DNA of 64,000 nt. Origin: Candidatus Fibrimonadaceae bacterium. Its GTDB lineage: Bacteria > Fibrobacterota > Fibrobacteria > Fibrobacterales > Fibrobacteraceae. The stretch is from positions 5,725 through 69,724 of the forward strand of contig JAITFN010000076.1 in the NCBI GenBank assembly GCA_031281345.1, written 5' to 3'. Position 1 is the stretch's first letter. Every line of letters begins with the position of its first letter. Of this stretch, positions 49,297 through 57,595 are shown piece after piece. Both the position numbers and the translations under genes were made by a program. The notes beneath the pieces were generated by a model. That model searched no databases, was not told the DNA's origin, and worked only from the letters and a program-made list of their open reading frames with translations.

Positions 49297-52200
49297 CTGT
49301 TCTCTTAAACGCCGATATTCTATATAGGCACTTGCGCTGGCAAGTTTGTTAAAAGAATAACCTGCACTTGGACGTAGATACCATTCGTGCGAGCGATTTG
49401 TAACATTGTAGCCTACTCTTTTAAGTTCGGGGGTATAGCTTGTTCGCTCACCACCACCAGGCATTTGCACCTCAGCGTGTACCCCAGAAGCTGTCCCACT
49501 TGCAGGGGTGTAAGGGTTAAAACCCTCAAATGGAACATAGTCTTCTTTAATAAGCTTCTTATAACTATAACCGCTTGCAAGTTTCAAGTCTATATCGTTG
49601 TCTAGCTTTATATACCAACGCCAGAACTGAAAACCTCTTTTGGCTTTAAGAGCATAAGCTATTGAAAGTTCGTCTCCAGCGGCATAGCCTCTATCCACGG
49701 TTTTGTCTATATATAGCCAAGGAATTTTTAAGTAATAATCTTCATCAATTTCTTTCCAGCCTTCGGTATCAGGTAATTCCATTTTTGCTCGCCTCACCTG
49801 CTCTTCCGTTTTAAATCTAACGCTGTTATCTATGCGAATATTTCCCTGCGTTAATGCGCTTATGCGAATGAGCGGGTTAAAATCTATTGTGGTTTGCCAT
49901 TCATCTTCTGCGCTCTGATAGGGACGAACAGTGTAACGTTCCTGATAGTCAAAACGGTGCGAAGTTGAAAGGCTGCGAAGTTTACCATTGAAAAACTCAA
50001 AACGATGCGCAAAATTTGGGACATTCACCCCAATTCCAAGTCTTGGCCAAGTTGTTGTTGTGTCTATATACAAAGGATTTTCTCTTGTTTGCCTGAATGT
50101 TTCATTCCAAGTTAAATCGCCTTTAACGCCAATATCCCACCAAGGCAAAGTGAGCGAGGTACTGTTTGTTAAATTGCGCCTAATGCTATGTTCAAAACGC
50201 CCCTGATAAACAATGGTATCTGTGTTCTTGTTTCTGTACTGCGCAAAACCTTCGTAATCTTCTCTTGTTTTTAGCCCCATATCGCCGCTCATTAGATTCC
50301 AAAAACCTCTGTTGCTATAGCCATCGCCAATACCAAGGCCAAACAGATAATACTGAAGGGGATCCACGCCTTGCTCCTCGTATAATTGCCAAAGAGTAAA
50401 ATCTTCGCCATTTGTTTGCAAATCCACGCTCCAAGTGCTACGAATTTCTTGCCACTTTAATTTTTCAAAAAAACTGCTAACAGGATTTTTTCCAGCTATG
50501 CCAGCAAGTTCTTGCAATCTTAAACTCGGAGAAAATTCAAAGCGGTTGTTTTGCTGAATTGTCCAAAAATTCTTTGAAAGTGTTTCGTTGTCATAAAAAT
50601 TAAAATCTTTCGGAATGGATTTACTCTGAGTAAAGCCGCTGTTAAAAGAAAATCTCATCGGTAAAAATGGAATCCAGTCTGCAGATAAATTTGCTCTAAA
50701 ATCTTGCCTGCGATTTCGTTCGTTGCGCAAAATTCCATAAGCTCTGCCATATTCCCTTGAACCAACGCTGTCTATTTCGTACGAATAAGCAGTTTGGTAT
50801 ATGGTATCTTGTGCCCCTGTGCTATCGTTGGTGATAATTTGCAAGGGATATTCGTAAGAAACTTCTCTAACATACATTCTTCTATCGGTGTGGTCGTAGT
50901 CAAAAATAAAGTTTCTGGCAAATAAACCACCCTCACCGCTTGGGCTAAAAAAATCTTCCTTCACAAAAGCCTGCCTATCGCCACCTGCATACATATCGCG
51001 GTTTACATTTAGAGTGTAATTGAGGTTAAAGAATGGCAAAATGTTCCAACGAATATCTGCTTTATGAGTTAAATCCGTTGTGAAATTCGTTATTTTTTCC
51101 ACCTGAGGATCCATAAAATTCGGGTCTCTCTCTTGATTTTCTGTTCTGCTATAAGACAAATCCATCACAGTTAAATCAAAAGTTCCTGGCCACAGTTCAA
51201 CGGGTAAGTTTTTATTGCCAAACAGATAGGTGCTGCTTCGTTCAAAAGGCCCTAGTTTATATTCCAAAACCGTGTTGTACTGATAAAGGCTATCTGCGAT
51301 TTTTGCTGAACGCCGCTCGGTTTCCCTATAAGAATAATTCAAAGCAGGACGTTCCAAAAACACTTGCCCGAAAATTTCTTGAAAAATATTATCACTTTTT
51401 CTGTAATCTTTGCTAAAACCAATAGATAAAGTTCTTGAACGAGAAAAACTCTGATACCCTTTGGACAGAGAAGCATCTCTTAAAGAATGTTCTTCACTTG
51501 TATCTTTAACTTCCAAACCAAATGTTGCAAAATCTCCAAACATATCAAAAGCGTTATCTTGGCTAAGAGCAATGTCATCGTCTGGTTTCAAATAAGGGCG
51601 AAGCGTTGTGGAACTGTAGCTAATTCCAAAAGGCAAACGCAAACCGTAATCATCTTTGAAAAATTTGTTTATGTTTAGGCTTGCAGTTCCATTTACATCC
51701 AAGCGGGTATTCGCTTCGCTGAGTGTTGGTTTTGGGCTTTTTCCTTCTGATTTAAGAGTTGCAAAATTCCCGTCTTGATAGCGCAACTCGCCAGAAATGG
51801 AAAACACATCGGAAAAATCTAATTGCCCGTGCATTCTTGTGGCATAACCCCAAGCATTGTTTATTCCAGAAAGCCGCAAATCGTTAATCCAAAAAGTTCC
51901 CTCCAAGTCTTCCAAAGATGCATCGTTATCTGCTATAATAACAAAGCGTATCCAGTTTATGCTGCTGTTAGAGGGATTTCCCACCACTTTTATCACTTCT
52001 TTTCTGTTATCTTTTGTTAAAGTGTCTGTTACCGTATTAAAAAATTCCCTGCCTACTTTTAACTCCGAAAACTTGGAAAGCGGAAGTGAAAAAGCATTTG
52101 CTCTCCAATTATTTTCGTGGCAATCCTGAATTCTCTCTCTATCGCTACATTCAAGTTTTTCTGGTTTAAAAGACCATTCGTAATAATCTTGGCTGCCATC

Positions 52201-55200
52201 CAACCCACCTCGGCCAAATTGCAAGGCAAATCTCACGGGAGTTTTTGTCGCTTTGGTTTCGTAATGTATTTCCATTTGAATATCGTTGTAAGAAGTAAAA
52301 TCTTTAACTTCGTTTTCAAAAAATTTAGTAGCACTAACAGCCTGCCCAGGGTGCAAACCACCGTATTCCAAAAGCAAACTCTGTTCCTTTAAGGGAGCAC
52401 CTGTATTTTGGTCTCTCTCTAGAGGTGTATTTGGTGATCTGAAATAAGAACCTAAATTATCGCGGTTATTTATCACCTGAACCCTTAAATAATTGCTATC
52501 TGGAACAACCACTGCACCCGGAGCATTAATTTCTGCATTTATTTCTCCTGTCACATTTTCAGTAACAGGATTAGATATTATTCCAAACTCATTGCTTCCA
52601 GAATTTTCTATCCATTCGTTCCCCACAATTTTAAAATCAGCTATTTGCACTCTACCCTCTGCAATGCCCTGCCCTAAATTTCCATACCAAAGCCTTGTGG
52701 AAACAGCTTCTGACAAAATATTTGCCACAGAAACACCAGTACCAGATACTATTGTATCAATTTTATCGAGTGGTATGCGAAACCTACGCCAGCCGTTTTG
52801 CAGTTTTTCAAACTGGGTTGCATCTTCTGTGCTTAAATCTATTCTATATCGCACAAAGCGAACTTCGGTATCTAACTGCCCGTTGCGATTTATGTCTTCG
52901 CTATCAAAAGTTCTCTCTCCTGCATTGCCTTTTGTGCCGTTAATCTGTGGTGGCGGGTCGCTCAAGTCTAGCAGATTGGAATTGAATTTATCCCTTGCAA
53001 TATCTGTGTTTCCACCTACAACATCTTCTGCTTTTAAAGTATCGGAGCGACACGGAGCATAACGGCAATCCCAAGTAACCAATCTTTCATTCATTCCTCT
53101 GATTGATGTGTATGCGTGTCCCAAGCCCAAATCATTAAGAGGTTGCGTTGTGCCAGGCAGAGCTTCGGAGTATAAAACATTATTATCGGGTTCATAACCA
53201 TTTATGCTTATGGCTTCGCTAATCAAACCCAAATCGACATACAAAGAACCAACATTTCCCCTAACTACCATTTCTATATATCTCTTTTGCGATAGATCCT
53301 GATAATAGCTACCATTAGGCCGCATAACCCCGCCCCAGCTTTTGCCACTCAAATTATCGTTTGGTCTTAACCTAAAACTCAAAATAGTTATTTCCCTGCT
53401 ATCAACATCAGAATTGCCAATTGGAGTGTAAATACTTCTGTAACGCATAGAAGTGTTGCTGTGCCACACAAATTCCCCAGCGTATTTGTAATCCAAATGT
53501 TCTATATATGTGGACTGGTCGTCTTCAGTTCCACCCGGAGGGCTTGACTTGAACCACATAAGCCTAGAAAGCGGATATTGCAAGCTGAGAGAGCTTCCCT
53601 CAAAATCATCTATCAAAGCAGATTTTCTAGCACTTGTATTTGAGTTATGGTAGCTTGCCGCTAGTTCTCCTTCAAAACTCCATCTGGATTTTTCTTTAGA
53701 ATCTATGAAAGGAACAGCATTTATCATTTTATCCATTACCCGCGAACTATCCCTTAAACGTATATTTGTTCCAAACAAAATCCCAGAAAAAGGCTCTCCG
53801 CCAAGACGCGGATTTTCCGTGCTGACGTTTTGATTTTTGTAAAGAGCGGTTAAACCAAAAACAGAACCCTCTGCAAATTTCTTTAGCGGATATTCGGCTC
53901 TTGCCCCCAAAAGCAGTTTGCTCTGAAGTTCAAAAAGAGGTTCGCATTCAAAATTAACCGTTATCTCCTTGTTCGGGTCTAATGCACGTTCGCTTATAAG
54001 CTCAATTTGCCCAAGCTCATAATTCACCTGATAATCCACATCTCTAACTAAAACTTCCGAACCAGCCTTTAATTTTTCTGAATTCGGGGCAATATCCAAA
54101 CAACCGCCACCACCAACCGAATAACTGCTGTTTGGGTCTCTAACGCTTATGCTCGTGCGCCTGCGTTTTCCAACAGATTCAAAATAATAAAGTGGCTGGT
54201 AAAGATTCAAATTGCGAACAGGCATTGTGTAAAGCGAAGCCATTGTAGCAGAAGAATCCACATTTCTCAAAGGTTCAAGGCAACGTTCTCTGGCGACGGT
54301 AGCTGCATTTGCATAAGAAAGACCTCTATTATTTACATACCAATTTATGTCCCTGCAAGGCAGTTGCATATCTCCCGTATATTCACCGCCTTCTTTGAGA
54401 AATATATAAACATCGCTTGTTAAAATGGTTCCACTTGAAGTATCGGCAACACCGAGTGTTTTCAAAAAATCAACGGCGGTTCTTGAGCGGTCTTTCATTT
54501 TCAAAATAAAATTACTCGCATTCTCAGAAGAAATCCCAACATTGTAAGTATTTCTGAGCATCAGTTTTTCTATATCTGTTAAATCAGAAGATGCAACATC
54601 GTATTGAACAAGCAAAACTTCGTCACCGCTCCTAACCGCAGATGTTGAGCGGCCAGTTGGATCGCCAGCCCACGAGACTGCCACAAGCATATTCTGGTTG
54701 CCGGCTTTAAGCCGCAGAATTCCGGTGTTTGCATCAAAAACATAATCCGTTCCGCTTTGCATTTCTGTAAGTGGGAGCCCCGTTTTTCTCACAGGAGTAC
54801 TGCTACCCGGCGGAAAATAAACACCTACCACATTTTCTATAGTTGTATTTTTGTTGTTTAAAGCACTTCTTTTGTAAACCTTTAAACCGTCTAATTTAAG
54901 CCGCGGTGGATTACCTCCATTTATTTTTGCATTTATATAAGCATCCCTCATACTCTGAGTTAAAAAATAATATTTATAAGCACTGAATTGTTTGTCGGGA
55001 ATTTGGAATTCTGTGCTTTCGTCTTTGCCCCTTATGGAATAACTCTCTTGGCTACCTGCATCTTGAGAGGCTATTGTGGTCAAGCGCCAGTTGCCAAATT
55101 TCATATCTGCTTTTATTCCAAACAAACCCTGATGCTGCTCTGCATAACCTGTTAGTTCCGTGCCTGCTAAACTTAAAGACGTGTTACCCGCTTCTAGCCT

Positions 55201-55938
55201 TTGCAAAACATAGTCTTCAAATTCGCCGGGTGTAGCTTCTTCATAAACAATACGAACCCTATTTCTCACGCCAAGTCCACCCTCGGTGTTATTCAATTCA
55301 ACCGTAATATTCCTGCCAATTTTACCCTGCACAATAAAACTCGGAACATAAGAAAGGCTTGGACTTGGCCAAAGGCTATTTTCGCGGCTACCTGGGGCAT
55401 CATCTAAAATTCCCGCACCGTGAAAGCGAATATCCATTGTGCCTTGCAATAAAAGCTGAGGGCGGTCAAAGCCATAATCTTTCATCCAAGCTGGTATTTT
55501 CATCGGAAGCGATATATTAAAGAGAGAACCTTCTTCGTCATCGCTTGCTCCCCCATTATTTTGTCCTATGAACGAATTTAGCCAAAGCCTATTGAACCCT
55601 ATATCGTACATATCCATTGAATAATCCGCAAGTTCGGGGTAATAAGCCTCCCAAAGAGGCAAAGTGTCTTTGCTCACTCCATTTAACACTCCGGCCTGCA
55701 CAACGCTTGTTCTGCTTTCAAAATCTATCCCGTGCTCATACACCACCGTTGGCTTGGAAGATTTGAGCGGTGCCCCGCTAGAAATTCCCTTTATTGGAAG
55801 CAATCCATTGAGCGGCTCTGACTGAGGCGGCAGAGGAATGAGTTGCATATTGCTTTTTGCAACGGAATCGCTAGGACCGGCAAAACAAAAGCCTGCCCAC
55901 AGCAAAAATACTGCTACGATTACCGTTTTGGGAAACAT
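49225..55938 (-). CDS. sprA: SprA-like giant outer-membrane protein (type IX secretion translocon)
   Basis: 2237 aa with a signal peptide. Its size and motifs ALIDDFEGSSLSL, EDINRNGQLDTE and FWINDLRLSG are comparable to those I recall in Flavobacterium SprA (VDDFEGS, EDINRDN, WFNELRL). The terminal beta-strand ends MLRFN. Confidence 0.65.
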   Translation of the reverse strand: MFPKTVIVAVFLLWAGFCFAGPSDSVAKSNMQLIPLPPQSEPLNGLLPIKGISSGAPLKSSKPTVVYEHGIDFESRTSVVQAGVLNGVSKDTLPLWEAYYPELADYSMDMYDIGFNRLWLNSFIGQNNGGASDDEEGSLFNISLPMKIPAWMKDYGFDRPQLLLQGTMDIRFHGAGILDDAPGSRENSLWPSPSLSYVPSFIVQGKIGRNITVELNNTEGGLGVRNRVRIVYEEATPGEFEDYVLQRLEAGNTSLSLAGTELTGYAEQHQGLFGIKADMKFGNWRLTTIASQDAGSQESYSIRGKDESTEFQIPDKQFSAYKYYFLTQSMRDAYINAKINGGNPPRLKLDGLKVYKRSALNNKNTTIENVVGVYFPPGSSTPVRKTGLPLTEMQSGTDYVFDANTGILRLKAGNQNMLVAVSWAGDPTGRSTSAVRSGDEVLLVQYDVASSDLTDIEKLMLRNTYNVGISSENASNFILKMKDRSRTAVDFLKTLGVADTSSGTILTSDVYIFLKEGGEYTGDMQLPCRDINWYVNNRGLSYANAATVARERCLEPLRNVDSSATMASLYTMPVRNLNLYQPLYYFESVGKRRRTSISVRDPNSSYSVGGGGCLDIAPNSEKLKAGSEVLVRDVDYQVNYELGQIELISERALDPNKEITVNFECEPLFELQSKLLLGARAEYPLKKFAEGSVFGLTALYKNQNVSTENPRLGGEPFSGILFGTNIRLRDSSRVMDKMINAVPFIDSKEKSRWSFEGELAASYHNSNTSARKSALIDDFEGSSLSLQYPLSRLMWFKSSPPGGTEDDQSTYIEHLDYKYAGEFVWHSNTSMRYRSIYTPIGNSDVDSREITILSFRLRPNDNLSGKSWGGVMRPNGSYYQDLSQKRYIEMVVRGNVGSLYVDLGLISEAISINGYEPDNNVLYSEALPGTTQPLNDLGLGHAYTSIRGMNERLVTWDCRYAPCRSDTLKAEDVVGGNTDIARDKFNSNLLDLSDPPPQINGTKGNAGERTFDSEDINRNGQLDTEVRFVRYRIDLSTEDATQFEKLQNGWRRFRIPLDKIDTIVSGTGVSVANILSEAVSTRLWYGNLGQGIAEGRVQIADFKIVGNEWIENSGSNEFGIISNPVTENVTGEINAEINAPGAVVVPDSNYLRVQVINNRDNLGSYFRSPNTPLERDQNTGAPLKEQSLLLEYGGLHPGQAVSATKFFENEVKDFTSYNDIQMEIHYETKATKTPVRFALQFGRGGLDGSQDYYEWSFKPEKLECSDRERIQDCHENNWRANAFSLPLSKFSELKVGREFFNTVTDTLTKDNRKEVIKVVGNPSNSSINWIRFVIIADNDASLEDLEGTFWINDLRLSGINNAWGYATRMHGQLDFSDVFSISGELRYQDGNFATLKSEGKSPKPTLSEANTRLDVNGTASLNINKFFKDDYGLRLPFGISYSSTTLRPYLKPDDDIALSQDNAFDMFGDFATFGLEVKDTSEEHSLRDASLSKGYQSFSRSRTLSIGFSKDYRKSDNIFQEIFGQVFLERPALNYSYRETERRSAKIADSLYQYNTVLEYKLGPFERSSTYLFGNKNLPVELWPGTFDLTVMDLSYSRTENQERDPNFMDPQVEKITNFTTDLTHKADIRWNILPFFNLNYTLNVNRDMYAGGDRQAFVKEDFFSPSGEGGLFARNFIFDYDHTDRRMYVREVSYEYPLQIITNDSTGAQDTIYQTAYSYEIDSVGSREYGRAYGILRNERNRRQDFRANLSADWIPFLPMRFSFNSGFTQSKSIPKDFNFYDNETLSKNFWTIQQNNRFEFSPSLRLQELAGIAGKNPVSSFFEKLKWQEIRSTWSVDLQTNGEDFTLWQLYEEQGVDPLQYYLFGLGIGDGYSNRGFWNLMSGDMGLKTREDYEGFAQYRNKNTDTIVYQGRFEHSIRRNLTNSTSLTLPWWDIGVKGDLTWNETFRQTRENPLYIDTTTTWPRLGIGVNVPNFAHRFEFFNGKLRSLSTSHRFDYQERYTVRPYQSAEDEWQTTIDFNPLIRISALTQGNIRIDNSVRFKTEEQVRRAKMELPDTEGWKEIDEDYYLKIPWLYIDKTVDRGYAAGDELSIAYALKAKRGFQFWRWYIKLDNDIDLKLASGYSYKKLIKEDYVPFEGFNPYTPASGTASGVHAEVQMPGGGERTSYTPELKRVGYNVTNRSHEWYLRPSAGYSFNKLASASAYIEYRRLREQLQGGEAHTRQTLSFEMAVMLRFN

Positions 55939-55954
55939 TGTCGCCTAAATTTAG

Positions 55955-55978
55955 AAAAAAAAGACCAGCCTACGGCTG
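55955..55978 (-). terminator. Weak rho-independent terminator after the FISUMP gene 56084-56695
   Basis: On the minus strand: CAGCC-GTA-GGCTG followed by GTCTTTTTTTT (plus-strand A8 at 55955-62). The stem is only 5 bp. Confidence 0.35.
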
Positions 55979-56083
55979 TTCGCCAGCGAAATGCAAATCC
56001 CTACCCACGAAGTGAAGCTGGCAGGGTGAGTAAAATTCCTTTAGGATTAGGCTGCCCTGAATGTGAAATGATTTTGCTACGCC

Positions 56084-56695
56084 TCAGTCCTTTACGCAAC
56101 GAATACTAAACAAGTAGATGTCCTTATCGCTGCTGAGTTTGAGGACTTCATCGTACATATAGGCCATGCCCCAGCGGTAGGCGCTGGGGCTGTAGTCAGG
56201 GTTCTCAGTAGCACTCCACCAGTTGCCGCTGTTGCCAACATTTTTGAAAGAGCCATCTGAACCGCCGTAGCCGCCCGGCAGAGCCGCAAATTCGTAATCA
56301 TCAGTGCCATTACCACCTTCGTTCCAGTCACTACTGGTTGCTTTCAATTTTTTTCCCGCTGTTGAGGCACCGCCAGCCGCTGCAACCAACGCTTCCCATT
56401 CGTCAGCTATAGGCAAATGCCAACCGCCAGAACAGACTTTATTTGCCGCTTCCCAAGTGTAAAGACGGCCATATTTGGTGCAGTTGCTTTCCTTTTTTTC
56501 ATAGCACTCACTGCCAGCAACTTTGCAATTCAAATTCTCCGTCATCCAGGTTTTGCCGCCTGGCATTTTTTTGTTCTTGTAACTGCTTATATCGCAAGAA
56601 CCGCCACCGCTTGGGTCATCGCCCGATGAGCAGGAAAATGTGAATGTCAAGGCTATAGAAATAGCCAACCTGAGAATAGACTTTGTTTTATTCAT
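56084..56695 (-). CDS. Single-domain FISUMP lipoprotein
   Basis: ORF 56084-56830. The ATG at 56695 is preceded by AAGGAG with a 7-nt spacer and gives MNKTKSILRLAISIALTFTFSCSS. Motifs TWMTENLN, YGRLYTWEAANKVCSGGWHLP, FAALPGG, FSIRCVKD. Confidence 0.85.
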   Translation of the reverse strand: MNKTKSILRLAISIALTFTFSCSSGDDPSGGGSCDISSYKNKKMPGGKTWMTENLNCKVAGSECYEKKESNCTKYGRLYTWEAANKVCSGGWHLPIADEWEALVAAAGGASTAGKKLKATSSDWNEGGNGTDDYEFAALPGGYGGSDGSFKNVGNSGNWWSATENPDYSPSAYRWGMAYMYDEVLKLSSDKDIYLFSIRCVKD

Positions 56696-56734
56696 ATTGA
56701 ACTCCTTTGTTGAATTGTTGAAAGGAAACTTATA

Positions 56735-56750
56735 GGGGGGGGGGGGGGGG
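56735..56750. repeat. Homopolymeric G16 tract (C16 on the coding strand) 39 nt upstream of the FISUMP start codon
   Basis: Read directly from tataGGGGGGGGGGGGGGGGcag. Cross-checked by the spurious upstream ORF translation CPPPPPY (TGC plus five CCC codons). Confidence 0.95.
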
Positions 56751-56834
56751 CAGAAAGACACGTAGGTCTGCCCGTACGGAACCTGTGTGCGAGGCTCGGT
56801 TAGGGTGGTAGTTTTTAAGCTGTGGGTCATCCTA

Positions 56835-56972
56835 TCACACCTTCAAGCTGTGTTTGCTCATATAGGCTTGAAACTTCTCAAATGACATATCACTTATGTC
56901 CTTTGATATTTTATCTTTAATTTTCCTAAAAACCTTGACCGTATCAAAGCTTTTCTGTTTTCCGTTAATCAT
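56835..56972 (-). CDS. Small ORF (45 aa) translationally coupled downstream of the PIN gene
   Basis: MINGKQKSFDTVKVFRKIKDKISKDISDMSFEKFQAYMSKHSLKV. Its ATG overlaps the PIN stop (TATGATTAA). Confidence 0.35.
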   Translation of the reverse strand: MINGKQKSFDTVKVFRKIKDKISKDISDMSFEKFQAYMSKHSLKV

Positions 56973-57423
56973 AAATTACCTCCTTTGGCGACCTTATATC
57001 CAATGATTTATATCCATTCTGCATATTCACAGAATTGTAATTCTTAATACGAAAGATATTTACTATATGCTTAAAATTCCAGCTTATTAAAAAATCCGCA
57101 TTGCATATAGTGGCAGTTGCAATATGAACGCAGTCGTCAAAACTTGATTTACCAACAACTTTCGCTGCCACATATTTATGAGCCAATTCATAGGCATCAC
57201 TTTGAATTTCAACAAACTCTAAATTCTCCTTTGGCAAATTCGCAAAGAAAGTTTTTACATTATTAGGTGCAGTCTCCAGTTCCGTTAAACACAACCTTGA
57301 ATAAATACATACAAACTTACCAGCCTTTATCTTATCAAAAAGCATAGTAGAAGCTTCTTTAAACTCATTATCATAGACACCGCCAAATACGGAAGTATCT
57401 AAATATAGCCTGAGTTTTTTCAT
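56965..57423 (-). CDS. PIN-domain protein (VapC-like toxin)
   Basis: ORF 56965-57492. The ATG at 57423 gives MKKLRLYLDTSVFGGVYD ... DCVHIATATICNADFLISWNFKHI. The acidic PIN residues are in the expected order. Confidence 0.7.
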   Translation of the reverse strand: MKKLRLYLDTSVFGGVYDNEFKEASTMLFDKIKAGKFVCIYSRLCLTELETAPNNVKTFFANLPKENLEFVEIQSDAYELAHKYVAAKVVGKSSFDDCVHIATATICNADFLISWNFKHIVNIFRIKNYNSVNMQNGYKSLDIRSPKEVIYD

Positions 57424-57595
57424 ACGCTTAATATAGAAATTTATATCTCGGTTGCATATTGTATTATTCTGGAAAATATGTATAACAGACATTTGGTAAT
57501 GGTTTTGTATATGGGCGTTCTTATTATTCTGTTTAATACTGTAAATTCTGCTAATTCTGGTTCAGACAATGAAAAAAAATTCTACATTTACCACT

